A stretch of DNA of 64,000 nucleotides from a virus. The DNA is taken from positions 1 to 64,000 of the IMG/VR virus record IMGVR_UViG_3300018432_000005; one strand, given 5' to 3'. Both the position numbers and the translations under genes were made by a program. The notes beneath the pieces were generated by a model. It was given only the letters and a program-made list of their open reading frames with translations, was not told where the DNA came from and made no database searches. Positions 1 through 10,109 of this stretch are shown in pieces. Within the stretch, counting starts at the first letter, position 1. Each line of letters opens with the position of its first letter.

Positions 1-1644
1 AAGCTCCGTATCGACAGCTACGTGACGCCGATGCTGCAGTGGTCGAAGCTGCAGCACCTGATCCAGTCGAGCGACGACACCAACACGCGGCGCACGGGCA
101 AGACCGACAAGAAAATCGAATGGGTGGGCGGGGGCTTCCTCGTCCCCTTCGGCGCGCAGAACGCGAACAAGCTTCGCTCGATCAGCATTCAGATGATGCT
201 GCGCGACGAGATCGACGGATGGCCTGACTCTGTCGGGCGCGACGGCGACCCGATGAAGCTGTCGGCCGACCGCTGCGCCGGCTTCGAGACGTCGCGCAAG
301 ATCCTCGACATCTCGACACCGCTGCTCGAAGGCCAGAGCAAGATCCATCGGCGCTTTCTGCAGGGCGACCAGCGCCGCTACTTCGTGCGCTGCCTGTCCT
401 GCGAGCATCCGCAGGTGCTGCGCTGGCGCACCACGCACGCAGGCGGAGTGATCAGCGGCATCGTCTGGGAAACGGACAACGCCGGCCACCTGGTTGCCGA
501 CTCGGTCCGCTACCTCTGCGAGAACTGCCAGCACCCGCACACGAACGACGACAAGACGAGGCTGCTGTCGCCGAAGTTTGGCGCCGAGTGGCGGCCGACC
601 GCAGTGCCGAGCTCGCCGGACATCCGCAGCTATCACATCTCGGCGCTGTACTCGCCCGTCGGCATGCAGACGTGGGCCGCGTGCGTGCAGAAGTGGCGCG
701 AGGCCTGGGACGAGGAAAACAACCGGCCGAAGGATCTCGCCGAACTGCAGGTGTTTTACAACAACGTGCTCGGCGAGGCGTTCGCGGTTCGTGGTGAGAA
801 GGTGTCGTTCGAGGCCGTCTCGAGCCATCGCCGACAGTGGTATCGCTACGGCGAGATCAAGAACGAGATGGCCGAGCTCTACTGCGGCGGCCCGGTGCTC
901 GTTGTGGTGCTCACCGTCGACGTGCACGCCGATAACCTCGCCGTGGCGGCGTGGGGATGGTGTCGCGACCGTCGCGTCTTGCTGCTCGACTATGAGCGGC
1001 TCTGGGGCGACACGGCGCTGCTCGACGACCCCGCGACCTGGGGCGAGCTCCGAGAGATCATCGACAACAAGACGTACCAGTCCGACGACGGCCGCGAGTA
1101 CCGCATCAGCATGTCGATGATCGACTCGGGCTATCGCACCGACACCGTCTATCAGTTCTGCGCCGAGTACGAAGGCGGCGTGTACCCGGTGAAGGGTCGC
1201 GAGGTTGCTGCCAAGAACGTCCGCGACCGCGAGTTTTCCGACATGGAAAACCCGATGGGCACGAAGGCATTCGGCATCGTCGTCGACTTCTACAAGGACC
1301 GATGGTCGGCCGCGCTTCGGCGCTCTGACTGGGATCAGGGCAGCGGCGTGCAGCCCGTCACGTTCTTCAATGCGCCGGTCGACGCAACAGACAAGCAGCT
1401 CAAAGAGCTCACGGTCGAGACGAAGGTCGCGAAGATCGACCCGCGCACGAAGATGCGCGTCGGCTGGGAATGGCATCGCCCGTCGGGCGCCGCAAATGAG
1501 CTCTGGGATCTCCTCGTCTATGCGAACGCGGCGCTCGACGTGCTCGCCTGGGACCTGTGCAAGCACGAGTTCGAGCTCGAGAGCGTCAACTGGGAAGTCG
1601 TCTACGAGCACCTGCTCGCCAACCTGACCACCGTCGAGAAGTAG
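1..1644 (+). CDS. terL: Terminase large subunit, lambda GpA family (5' truncated)
   Basis: Frame open from base 1; Walker B-like LRDEID, ISTP motif, GDQRRYFVRCLSC and YLCENC Zn motifs, FYNNVLGE, TVDV nuclease motif, NELWDLLVYA; first gene of the head module. Confidence 0.93.
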   Translation, partial: KLRIDSYVTPMLQWSKLQHLIQSSDDTNTRRTGKTDKKIEWVGGGFLVPFGAQNANKLRSISIQMMLRDEIDGWPDSVGRDGDPMKLSADRCAGFETSRKILDISTPLLEGQSKIHRRFLQGDQRRYFVRCLSCEHPQVLRWRTTHAGGVISGIVWETDNAGHLVADSVRYLCENCQHPHTNDDKTRLLSPKFGAEWRPTAVPSSPDIRSYHISALYSPVGMQTWAACVQKWREAWDEENNRPKDLAELQVFYNNVLGEAFAVRGEKVSFEAVSSHRRQWYRYGEIKNEMAELYCGGPVLVVVLTVDVHADNLAVAAWGWCRDRRVLLLDYERLWGDTALLDDPATWGELREIIDNKTYQSDDGREYRISMSMIDSGYRTDTVYQFCAEYEGGVYPVKGREVAAKNVRDREFSDMENPMGTKAFGIVVDFYKDRWSAALRRSDWDQGSGVQPVTFFNAPVDATDKQLKELTVETKVAKIDPRTKMRVGWEWHRPSGAANELWDLLVYANAALDVLAWDLCKHEFELESVNWEVVYEHLLANLTTVEK

Positions 1645-1651
1645 AGGGCCT

Positions 1652-1921
1652 ATGCCGTCGCAGTGGCAGATCGACTTCTGGACTTCGCGTCTCGCGGCCA
1701 AGCTCGCGCTGCTCGAGAAGTACGACATCGCGATGACCGCGCTCGCAGGCGGCGTCACGAGCTACACGATCAACACCGGGCAGACCACGCAGACCGTCAC
1801 GCGCTCGAGCGTGAACATGATCCGCACCGCGATGGGCGCCCTCGAAGCCGAGATCGAAGAGCTACAGGACAAGCTCAACGGCACCGACTCGAACTCGGTT
1901 TACGTCCGCCCCGACTACTGA
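1652..1921 (+). CDS. Head-tail joining protein, gpW-like
   Basis: 89 aa between terminase and portal; SYTINTGQTTQTVTR strand followed by a helix. Confidence 0.7.
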   Translation: MPSQWQIDFWTSRLAAKLALLEKYDIAMTALAGGVTSYTINTGQTTQTVTRSSVNMIRTAMGALEAEIEELQDKLNGTDSNSVYVRPDY

Positions 1922-1939
1922 CCCCAGCCAAGGACCACC

Positions 1940-3640
1940 ATGCTCGACCGCTTTCGCTCGAAGCTCGCCGAAACGCGCGAGCGCGTGATGAGTGCGCTCG
2001 AAGTTGCGCGCGGCGCACTGCCATCGGTCGCGTACAGCGCGCTGTCTCCCTGGGAGGGCATGGGTTCCGGCATCGTCGAGCAGGCCTTCTACAACGGCAG
2101 CAAGTTCGAGGGCGGCTTCGGCCCGACGCGCGTCTACACGGCCGACTACTGGACCCTGCGCGCGCGCTCCGCCCAGCTCTTCAAGACCAACCTCTACGCG
2201 CGCGGTTTGATTCGTCGTCTCGTGACCAACGAGATCGCCGTCGGTCTGCACCTCGAAGCGACGCCGGCCGCCAAGCTTCTCGGCCAAGCAGACGACGCGC
2301 TCGCCGACTGGTCCGAAGACGTCGAAGAGCGCTTCGCCATGTGGCAGTCAGACCCCTGGCTTTGCGACCATCAGGAGCAGAACACCTTCGGGCAACTGCA
2401 GACCCAAGTGCGCATGGAGTCGCTGATCGAGGGCGACGTCTTGTGCGTCATGCGGCAGTCCAAAGAGACGAACCTGCCGCGCGTGCAGATCATCCTTGGC
2501 TCTGCGGTGCGCACCCCCGTCACGTCGACGCTCAAGGTCGCCAAGGGCGAGCGCGTCGTCGAGGGCGTGCACCTGGACGCCCAGGGCCGGCACCTCGGCT
2601 ACTGGGTCACGCAGCCCGACCAGACGTCGAAGTACCTGCCGGCGTCGGGCGAGAAGAGCGGCCGGCGCATCGCCTGGATGGTCTACGGCACCGAGAAGCG
2701 ACACGACGAGGTGCGCGGCGAGCCGCTTCTCTCGCTCGTCCTGCAGTCGATGCGCGAGATCGACCGGTACCGAGACAGCACGCAGCGCAAGGCCGTCGTC
2801 AACTCGATGTTGGCCATGTTCGTCAAGTCCGCGATCGACAAGGCGAGCAGCCGCGTCGTGTCGTCGGGCGCGGTCCGCAAGGGCTCGCTCGTCAGCGGCA
2901 CGGGCGGCGACCCGGCCGCCCCGCGCCGCTTCAATGCCGCGGGGCTGATCCCCGGATGGGTGATCGAAAAGCTGCAACCCGGCGAAGAGCCGGTCGCGTT
3001 CCCGAGCCATGGCACCGACGAGAAGTTCGGCGACTTCGAGCGCGCGATCATTCAGGCCATCGCCTGGGCGCACGAGATCCCGCCCGAGATCCTGATGCTG
3101 TCGTTCAACTCGAACTACAGCGCGAGTCAGGCGGCACTCAACGAGTTCAAGATCTACCTGAACAAGGTCCGAACTCGCTTCGGCGACACCTTCTGCACGC
3201 CCATCTATCAGCAGTGGCTGCTCTCGATGGTGCTCTCGAGCAAGGTCAAGGCGCCGCAGTTGCTCGAGTCGTGGCGAGACAAGTCGCGATACGACGTCTT
3301 CGCTGCGTGGGTCGCCTGCGATTGGTCGGGCAACATCAAGCCCTCGATCGACCTGCCCAAGCTCGTCGCCGGCTACAAGGCGCTGGTCGCCGAAGGTTGG
3401 ATCACGCGCGACCGCGCCTCGCGCGAGCTCACCGGCACGAAGTATTCGCAGAACGCGAAGAAGCTTCTGATCGAGAACAAGCAGCTCGTCGAAGCGTCGC
3501 GCTCGCTCAGAGAGCTCGACCCGAAGTTCGCGAACGCCGCGGCGGCCGAGAGCGACGACAAGCCCGCGCCGGCCGAGGATGACAACGATGCGTCTGACGC
3601 GGCCGAAGACGCGCACAAGCGTCAACTACGCGTCGCCTAG
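1940..3640 (+). CDS. Portal protein, lambda family
   Basis: LRARSAQLFKTNLYARG, VRGEPLL, NYSASQAAL and IDLPK motifs; synteny. Confidence 0.93.
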   Translation: MLDRFRSKLAETRERVMSALEVARGALPSVAYSALSPWEGMGSGIVEQAFYNGSKFEGGFGPTRVYTADYWTLRARSAQLFKTNLYARGLIRRLVTNEIAVGLHLEATPAAKLLGQADDALADWSEDVEERFAMWQSDPWLCDHQEQNTFGQLQTQVRMESLIEGDVLCVMRQSKETNLPRVQIILGSAVRTPVTSTLKVAKGERVVEGVHLDAQGRHLGYWVTQPDQTSKYLPASGEKSGRRIAWMVYGTEKRHDEVRGEPLLSLVLQSMREIDRYRDSTQRKAVVNSMLAMFVKSAIDKASSRVVSSGAVRKGSLVSGTGGDPAAPRRFNAAGLIPGWVIEKLQPGEEPVAFPSHGTDEKFGDFERAIIQAIAWAHEIPPEILMLSFNSNYSASQAALNEFKIYLNKVRTRFGDTFCTPIYQQWLLSMVLSSKVKAPQLLESWRDKSRYDVFAAWVACDWSGNIKPSIDLPKLVAGYKALVAEGWITRDRASRELTGTKYSQNAKKLLIENKQLVEASRSLRELDPKFANAAAAESDDKPAPAEDDNDASDAAEDAHKRQLRVA

Positions 3641-3680
3641 ACGTCTCAACTTCTGAGCGTCTGGACGCTCGAAAGGTCAA
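3633..3680. repeat. 8-bp periodic array A (5-6 units, VCGT-YYRR)
   Basis: acgtctca acttctga gcgtctgg acgctcga aaggtcaa fills the portal-protease gap. Confidence 0.65.
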
Positions 3681-3684
3681 GCAC

Positions 3685-4896
3685 ATGCATGGTTGGTTGA
3701 TCGATGAAGCGGTCGCGCGTCAGATGCACGACGCACGACGCCTACAGCTGCGACCGTCCGCTGCGCAGGTCGAAGCCTTCGAAGCGCGGGCGGGCGCCGA
3801 CTCACGCAGCGGCGCAGACCTCCCGCGCATCATGAAGGTCGCCGGCTCGGTCGCGGAAATCGCGGTCGAGGGCGTGCTGACCAAGGCGCCGGACATCTTC
3901 GCGTACTTTTTCGGCGGGGGGAACACGACCTACCGCGCGATCGTCTCGTCGCTCGCCATCGCGAAGAGCGACCCCTCGATCAAGTCGGCCGTCTTGTTCG
4001 TCGACAGCCCGGGCGGCACCGTCGACGGCCTGTTCGACGCGCTCGCTGCGATCGAGGCGTTCCGCGCGGACAAGCCCCTGATCGTCAAGGCAGCGAACGC
4101 GTTGTCGGCCGCCTATGGCATCAGCGCCGTCGCGGGTCGCATCGAGGCCACGAACGCAGGCTCGCGCATCGGTTCCGTGGGCGTGGCAGCGCAGTATTAC
4201 GTCGACGAGAAGATCGTCGACATCACGAACACCGACTCGCCTAACAAGCGGCCCGACCTCAAGACCGAGGAAGGCAAGGCGACGATTCGCCGCGAGCTCG
4301 ACGCGATTCACGAGCTCTTCGTCGACGCTATCGCGCGCGGCCGCGGCACGACCGCAGACGACGTGCGCGACAAGTTTGGCCGCGGCGCGACGCTGCTCGC
4401 GGGCGAGGCGAAGAAGCTCGGCATGATCGATGCGGTAGCGAAGACGGGACTTCGGCCCGTCGGCACTTCGGCAACTGTCGGCGCGGCCGACGACGAGAAA
4501 AAGGAAGTCACAACCATGGATCTGCGCACCCTCAAAGCCACGCACCCCGACGTCTTCGAAGCTGCCAAGAAAGAGGGCATCAGCGAAGAGCGCGACCGCG
4601 CCTGCGCGCACATCGAGCTCGGCAGCGGAGGCGGCGCCGAGGGCCTCGCCATCGCGCTCGCCGCCATCCAGAGCGGCGAGGGCATGACCATGACCGCGTC
4701 TGCCAAGTATCAGCGCGTCGCCCTCAACCAGCGCGACCGCGACCTGCGTCTGACCGACGAGAAGAAGGTCGAAGAGGCAGCCAACGGTGCGGCGGCCCCC
4801 GTGACCAAGGTCGAAGAGGAAGCGCCCGACCTGGGCGCAGTCGTGGCGGCGCGCATGATGGAGCGCCGCGGAAAGAAGGTTCCTGCGCATGCCTAA
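3685..4896 (+). CDS. Prohead protease (S49/SppA-like) with C-terminal scaffold region
   Basis: VDSPGGTVDG, SAAYGIS and IGSVGV motifs; second RBS and ATG at ~4516 (MDLRTLKATHPDVF) may give a nested scaffold protein as for lambda C/Nu3. Confidence 0.88.
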   Translation: MHGWLIDEAVARQMHDARRLQLRPSAAQVEAFEARAGADSRSGADLPRIMKVAGSVAEIAVEGVLTKAPDIFAYFFGGGNTTYRAIVSSLAIAKSDPSIKSAVLFVDSPGGTVDGLFDALAAIEAFRADKPLIVKAANALSAAYGISAVAGRIEATNAGSRIGSVGVAAQYYVDEKIVDITNTDSPNKRPDLKTEEGKATIRRELDAIHELFVDAIARGRGTTADDVRDKFGRGATLLAGEAKKLGMIDAVAKTGLRPVGTSATVGAADDEKKEVTTMDLRTLKATHPDVFEAAKKEGISEERDRACAHIELGSGGGAEGLAIALAAIQSGEGMTMTASAKYQRVALNQRDRDLRLTDEKKVEEAANGAAAPVTKVEEEAPDLGAVVAARMMERRGKKVPAHA

Positions 4897-5284
4897 CGCA
4901 ACGATCGACACGAACTACTACGCGAACGCGATCGCGCTCAACCGCTCGCTTTGCCGCGACGAGGTACTCGTCTTCTCGGGCGCCGCGAAGTTGCTGAAAG
5001 GCACGATCCTCGGTCGCGTGACGGCAAGCGGCAAGCTCCGCCCGTACGCGGCGGGCAACAATGACGGGTCGCAAAACCCGATCGCGGTGCTGACCTACGA
5101 GGTCGAGGCGTTGGGCGCGGGCGACATCTCCGCGCGCTGCCTTATCGATGGCGAGGTCAACCGCAACCGCCTCGTCATCGCAGCCGACGGCAACGGCAAC
5201 AACATCACGCCCGCGCTGCTCGACCAGCTTCGCGACTACGGGATCGTTCCCATCGACGTGCAGGCCCTCGGTCAGGTCGTCTAA
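4889..5284 (+). CDS. Head decoration protein (lambda D-like)
   Basis: KGTILGRVTASGK...DGSQNPIAVL motif; sits before the capsid gene. Confidence 0.85.
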   Translation: MPNATIDTNYYANAIALNRSLCRDEVLVFSGAAKLLKGTILGRVTASGKLRPYAAGNNDGSQNPIAVLTYEVEALGAGDISARCLIDGEVNRNRLVIAADGNGNNITPALLDQLRDYGIVPIDVQALGQVV

Positions 5285-5320
5285 CCACAACACTCAGAAT
5301 CAACAGACAAGCCGCCATAG

Positions 5321-5354
5321 CGCCCGCCTCCTGATCATCAGGGGCGGGCGTTTT
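5321..5354 (+). terminator. Intrinsic terminator-like hairpin between decoration and capsid genes
   Basis: cgcccgcc-t-cctgat-c-atcagg-ggcgggcg followed by tttt. Confidence 0.5.
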
Positions 5355-5386
5355 CGTTGCGGTGCGTCCGCAGGGAGACACGCAAC

Positions 5387-6463
5387 ATGGTTGCTAATAG
5401 CACTGTCCATTTCATCGACATGTACGTCGACGAGGCGACCCCGGTCCCTTTCCTGACGTCCTTCTTCCGCGCACCGCCGAAGAACTTCTACACGTCCGAG
5501 AAGGTGTCGATCGACCTCGTTCGAGACACCGAAGAGATCGCGATTGCGATCCAGGATCTGAGCACCGGCACTCGTGAGAACGAGTTGTCGCTGTATCAGA
5601 ACAAGGGCTTCACGCCCCCGATCTTCGACGAGTCGGCGACGCTGACTGCGTACGACATGATCAAGCGCTTTCCCGGTCAGGACGTCTTCTCGGACCCTGA
5701 CTATCTCGAGAACGCGACCGAGCAGTCGTTCGCAATCTTCCGCAAGCTCGAGAACAAGATCCGTCGCGCCATCGAGCTGCAGTGCGCGCAGGTGCTGCAG
5801 ACCGGAAAGGTCAACCTCGTCGACAAGGCGGGGCGGCCCATGTTCGTGCTCGACTACGGTCCGCGCACCGCGCACTTCCCCACCGTGGGCGTCAACTGGG
5901 ACAGCGGCTCGGCTGTTCCGCTATCGGACCTCGCGACCCTGGGCGAAGCGGTGCGCCGCAACGGCAAGGGCGTTCCCGGGATCCTGATCTTCGGCAAGCG
6001 GGCATGGCGCGACTTCTTCCAGAACGCGGCCGTGCAGAAGCTCTTCGACATTCGCCGGTACGACTTCGGCAGCTTCAAGAACGTCCGTCAGGGCGGCTCG
6101 AGCTCGAAGGGCATGCTGACGATCGACAACTACGACTACGAGATCCACGTCTACGACGGGACCTATCTCGATCCGCAGACGGGCAACACCGTCAACTACG
6201 TCGATCAGGACGCCGTGATCATGATGTCGGAGGCCTCGCGCCTCGACCTCACGTTCGGCGCGATCCCGCTTCTGAAGAAGCCCGATAGTCCCGCGCTGTC
6301 GTTCCTGCCGCCGCGCATCTCGAGCGGCGACGCGAAGCTCGACCTGACGGTCAATGCGTGGTTCTCGCCCGACGGCAAGCACCTGAAGGTCAGCGCCGGT
6401 ACGCGTCCGCTCGCGATTCCGACCGCGATCGACACCTTCGGTTGCTTGAAGACCCGCATCTAA
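5387..6463 (+). CDS. Major capsid protein, lambda GpE family
   Basis: 358 aa from ATG with GGGAG RBS; LENKIRRAIELQCAQVLQTGK and TRPLAIP motifs. Confidence 0.9.
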   Translation: MVANSTVHFIDMYVDEATPVPFLTSFFRAPPKNFYTSEKVSIDLVRDTEEIAIAIQDLSTGTRENELSLYQNKGFTPPIFDESATLTAYDMIKRFPGQDVFSDPDYLENATEQSFAIFRKLENKIRRAIELQCAQVLQTGKVNLVDKAGRPMFVLDYGPRTAHFPTVGVNWDSGSAVPLSDLATLGEAVRRNGKGVPGILIFGKRAWRDFFQNAAVQKLFDIRRYDFGSFKNVRQGGSSSKGMLTIDNYDYEIHVYDGTYLDPQTGNTVNYVDQDAVIMMSEASRLDLTFGAIPLLKKPDSPALSFLPPRISSGDAKLDLTVNAWFSPDGKHLKVSAGTRPLAIPTAIDTFGCLKTRI

Positions 6464-6550
6464 AGCGCCCCCCAAGGCGACGCGCCCCCTCGCGCTGCGC
6501 GTCGCCGCTCTTCGCTCCTGCACCTCGACCTTCCAACCAAGGATCACGCC

Positions 6551-7090
6551 ATGGCATTTCGCGACAAGCTCAAGCCCGAACCCACGTCGACCGACGCGAA
6601 CGCGCCCACGACGCCCACCCCCGACGCGCTGCCGACCTCGGACGTGCTGCCGAGCTCGGACAGTTCGAGCTCGAGCTCGAACTCCGGCTCGAGCAGCACC
6701 AACACCAACCCGGATCCCAACATCGCGCCCTCGACGCATCCCAACGGCGAGCAGAGCGTCGACCGCGCCGAAGACAAGGTGCTGCCCGACAGCACGCCGG
6801 ACGAGATCGCGCCGGTGCCCGATGCCGGTACCGGTGATGCGCCCAAGCAGGCCAAGCCCGCGCCCTCGTCGACCGGCTATCGAGTCGCCCCGGGTAAGTC
6901 GATCACGGGCGGCAACGGCGACGCGCTCGACGCTGGCGCCGAGATCGGCGAGCAGCACGTCGTAGGCGGCGACAAGCGCCTGCAGGAGCTCGTCAAGGCC
7001 GGGTACGTCGTCAAGGCCGAGAAGAAGGCCGAGGGCGCCCAGGGCGAGCCCCACGGCGTCGACGGCAACAAGGTCGAGCGCCAGAAGTGA
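6551..7090 (+). CDS. Hypothetical head-module protein, S/P/T-rich N-terminus
   Basis: RBS aaggat; low-complexity N half plus a small C-terminal domain (YRVAPGKSIT...LQELVKAGYV). Confidence 0.6.
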   Translation: MAFRDKLKPEPTSTDANAPTTPTPDALPTSDVLPSSDSSSSSSNSGSSSTNTNPDPNIAPSTHPNGEQSVDRAEDKVLPDSTPDEIAPVPDAGTGDAPKQAKPAPSSTGYRVAPGKSITGGNGDALDAGAEIGEQHVVGGDKRLQELVKAGYVVKAEKKAEGAQGEPHGVDGNKVERQK

Positions 7091-7473
7091 ATCTGCGCGA
7101 TCTCGCGGCGCTCGACCACGCGGCCATCCTCTCGGATGGTGCGGACGGTTTCGGGTGGCCCGTCGTCGTCGTCGCGCCCAGTGGGCAGATGGCGATCACG
7201 ACCGGCTTCACGTCCGACGTGGGCGAAGTCATCGACCCGCAGTCGGGGATGGCCGTCATCGGGCGCCGCGTGACCGTGCAGCTTCTTCCGGGTCCGATCA
7301 AGACTGCGGGTCTGGGCGACGTGCGCGCCATCGCCGACGGCAACTCGAAGCCGTGGCTCGTGCGCTTTGCCGACGTTCATGGCGTGGGCCGCACGTACAA
7401 GGTGATGGCCGTCTACCCGGATCAGGTGCTGGGCAGCATCCGTTGCGACCTCGAATCCTTCACGGCCGGTTGA
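7087..7473 (+). CDS. Putative head-tail adaptor/closure protein
   Basis: Beta-rich 128 aa; overlaps previous stop; synteny. Confidence 0.6.
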   Translation: MNLRDLAALDHAAILSDGADGFGWPVVVVAPSGQMAITTGFTSDVGEVIDPQSGMAVIGRRVTVQLLPGPIKTAGLGDVRAIADGNSKPWLVRFADVHGVGRTYKVMAVYPDQVLGSIRCDLESFTAG

Positions 7474-7476
7474 GTC

Positions 7477-8178
7477 GTGGCCGCCGTCATTCAACGATTG
7501 ATCGACAAGCTCGACGGCTTCGAGATCGTGCGCAACAAGGTCGGCGCGATCTTACTGCTTGAGAGCCAGCATCAGCAGACGCTCGCGCTCGCAGCGTCTC
7601 GCGACATGAACGACTGGGCGTTTCGAGTCTTCTCCGAGCGCACCAATCCGATCGGCGAGTTTCTCGATATCCCTGACGATGCGAGCTCGCCGCCGCTCGT
7701 GCTGCCCATCGTCAACGTCTGGTACAACGGCACGACCTTCGACAAGTCGGCCTCGAACCTCGTCGAGCGGCAGAAGGGCACGTCGACGATCAACGTCGAC
7801 GTCTACACCTACGCAACGAGCGCCGATCAGTTGGTGGGCCATTCGCCGGGCGACGAGCGCGCCGCGCGCGAGCTTCATCGCGTGGTGCGGCTTGTCCGCA
7901 ACATCCTGATGGCCGGCTCGTACACGTACCTCGGCCTGCGCGGCTTCGTATGGGAGCGCTGGCTACCCGCGATCGAGATCTTCGAGCCGCCGACGGACGG
8001 ACGCGCAGCGCAGCGCATCGGGGCCGCGCGCCTCGGCCTGCAGGTCGTACACAACGAGTTTTCTCCCCAGTACGAGGGGGTCCCTCTCGAAGGCGTGGAC
8101 CTGAGTGTTCTGCGTCGTGAGTCGGGCGAGCTGTACATCGAAGCCGATTTCAACTTTGCAGGAGCAGAATCACCATGA
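7477..8178 (+). CDS. Putative tail completion/terminator protein
   Basis: Directly before the sheath; LPIVNVWY pattern; synteny. Confidence 0.55.
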   Translation: MAAVIQRLIDKLDGFEIVRNKVGAILLLESQHQQTLALAASRDMNDWAFRVFSERTNPIGEFLDIPDDASSPPLVLPIVNVWYNGTTFDKSASNLVERQKGTSTINVDVYTYATSADQLVGHSPGDERAARELHRVVRLVRNILMAGSYTYLGLRGFVWERWLPAIEIFEPPTDGRAAQRIGAARLGLQVVHNEFSPQYEGVPLEGVDLSVLRRESGELYIEADFNFAGAESP

Positions 8179-9947
8179 TCGACGCATCCGCCGTCGCCCG
8201 CGTGCTGGGCATCGAAACCAAGTTTCAGGAAATGCGCACAGGCGGGATTCTGTTCCTTCCGCAGCGCGTCGCGGTCATCGCCCAGGGGCAGAGCGACGTC
8301 GTCTACAGCAGCCAGAAGTTTTCGCCCCTGAGTGCGGGCGAGGTCGGTCGCAAGATGGGCTATCGCTCGCCCGCCTATCTCGCGGCGCTGCAGCTGATGC
8401 CCATCGACGGCGACGGTGTCGGATCGATCCCCGTCACCATCTTGCCGCTGCAGCAGCTCGGAGGCGCGACCGCGTCGACTGGTGACATCACGCCGTCCGG
8501 CACGCAGACGCAGGCAGCGCCCTATCGACTGCGCGTCGGCGGCGTGCGCTCTGCTCCCTTCGTCGTCCCGGCCGGTGCATCCGTCTCGCACATCATCGGC
8601 GCCGCCATGGCAGCCGCGCAGGCCGTGCTCGAGTTCCCCGTCTCGGTCCTGCCCACCTACGGATCTCCGACGACGGCGCCGGGCGGCTCGAACGTCGGCA
8701 ACGGCACCCTCACCGCGCTATCGGTCGTCGGCACGCCGCGGCCGGGCGCGTACAAGCTGACCCTGATCACGGCCGTCGCGAATGGCGGCGTCTTCCGCCT
8801 GACCGACCCGGACGGCAACGTCATCTCGAGCTCGGTCACCATGACCCCCGGCGTCGGCGGCACGACCGTCATCAACGTCGCCGGCCTGCAGTTCACGCTG
8901 ACCGACGCGACGACCGACTTCGCGCTCGGGGACTCCTTCACGATCAACGTGGTCGCGACGAAGCTCAACCTGACGAGCGGTTGGAAGGGCGACAGCGCCA
9001 ACGGGATGAAGGTCGCGATCGAGGGCGACGCGTACGGCGTCACCTGGGCTGTCACGCAGATGGCAGGCGGCGCGGGCAACCCCAGCGTCGTCGACGCACT
9101 TGGGCAGATCGGCAACGTCTGGGAAAGCCTGCTCGTCAACTGCCTCAACGAGAGCGACACGACGGCCCTCAACGCGATCCAATCGGTCGGCGAAGGGCGC
9201 TGGGGCAAGACGGTGCGCAAACCGTTCGTTAGCTTCTCCGGCCAGACCGCAGCCGAGGTCGCGGACGCCACGGCGATCAGTTCGCTGCGCCCGACCGACC
9301 GCATCAACGGCCACATCCCCTCGCCGGGCAGCGAGGATCTACCCTTCGTGGTTGCTGCCCGCGGCGTTGCGCGCATCGCGCGGGTCGCCAACAACTCGCC
9401 CTCGTGCGACTACGGCTCGCAGCCGCTGACGGGCCTCACCCCCGGCCCGGACGGCGCCCAGTGGAACTACGAGCAGCGCGACGCGGCCGTGAAGCTTGGC
9501 AGTTCGACGGTCGAGGTCAAGAACAGCGTCGTCTGCCTGAGCGACGTCGTGACCTACTACCGGCCGACCGGCGAGCTTCCGCCCGCGTACCGGTTCGTCT
9601 GCGACATCGTGAAGCTGCAGAACCTCATCTTCAATCTGTCGCTCGAGTTCGAGTCGCTCGAGTGGGATGGCAAGGCGCTCGTGCCCAACGATCAGCCCGT
9701 CGCGACGCCCGACGCGCGCAAGCCGCGTGACGTGATCGCTGCGGCAAACAACGTGCTCGACGGCGCGGGGCTGCAGGCGCTCATCAGCGACACAGAGACG
9801 GCGAAGAAGCTGACGGCGTGCGTCATCAGCGCGCAGAACCCGAAGCGCTGGGATCTTCGCGTACGCGTGCAGCTGTCCGGCAACTCGAACGTGAAGAGCA
9901 CCGACCTTCTGTTCGGCTTCTACTACGGCGCGCAGATCGCCGCGTAA
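8175..9947 (+). CDS. Tail sheath protein (Mu gpL-like)
   Basis: 590 aa; LPQRVAVIAQG, YEQRDAAVKLGSST, DVVTYYRPTG, NPKRWDL; precedes the tube gene. Confidence 0.9.
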   Translation: MIDASAVARVLGIETKFQEMRTGGILFLPQRVAVIAQGQSDVVYSSQKFSPLSAGEVGRKMGYRSPAYLAALQLMPIDGDGVGSIPVTILPLQQLGGATASTGDITPSGTQTQAAPYRLRVGGVRSAPFVVPAGASVSHIIGAAMAAAQAVLEFPVSVLPTYGSPTTAPGGSNVGNGTLTALSVVGTPRPGAYKLTLITAVANGGVFRLTDPDGNVISSSVTMTPGVGGTTVINVAGLQFTLTDATTDFALGDSFTINVVATKLNLTSGWKGDSANGMKVAIEGDAYGVTWAVTQMAGGAGNPSVVDALGQIGNVWESLLVNCLNESDTTALNAIQSVGEGRWGKTVRKPFVSFSGQTAAEVADATAISSLRPTDRINGHIPSPGSEDLPFVVAARGVARIARVANNSPSCDYGSQPLTGLTPGPDGAQWNYEQRDAAVKLGSSTVEVKNSVVCLSDVVTYYRPTGELPPAYRFVCDIVKLQNLIFNLSLEFESLEWDGKALVPNDQPVATPDARKPRDVIAAANNVLDGAGLQALISDTETAKKLTACVISAQNPKRWDLRVRVQLSGNSNVKSTDLLFGFYYGAQIAA

Positions 9948-10003
9948 GCGAGACGCCCGCGCACAGCCGGGCGAATCAGCTTTCTAGAACCCGCCCGACG
10001 ACG

Positions 10004-10099
10004 GCCTTCGAGCGTCCGAGCATCTGAGCGCTTCGGCGCTTGGACGCTCGGACGTCTGTCGTTCTGCACGTCCGACGGTCTGAACGTTTAGACATTTGG
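10004..10099. repeat. 8-bp periodic array B (12 units)
   Basis: gccttcga gcgtccga gcatctga gcgcttcg gcgcttgg acgctcgg acgtctgt cgttctgc acgtccga cggtctga acgtttag acatttgg. Confidence 0.8.
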
Positions 10100-10109
10100 G
10101 GGTCTCATC

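Noticed and set aside
1663-3582. Long alternative-frame and antisense ORFs (e.g. 1663-3582, 19094-21058, 61308-62882)
   Set aside because: Arg/Ala-rich shadows of real genes, expected from high GC3 codon bias.
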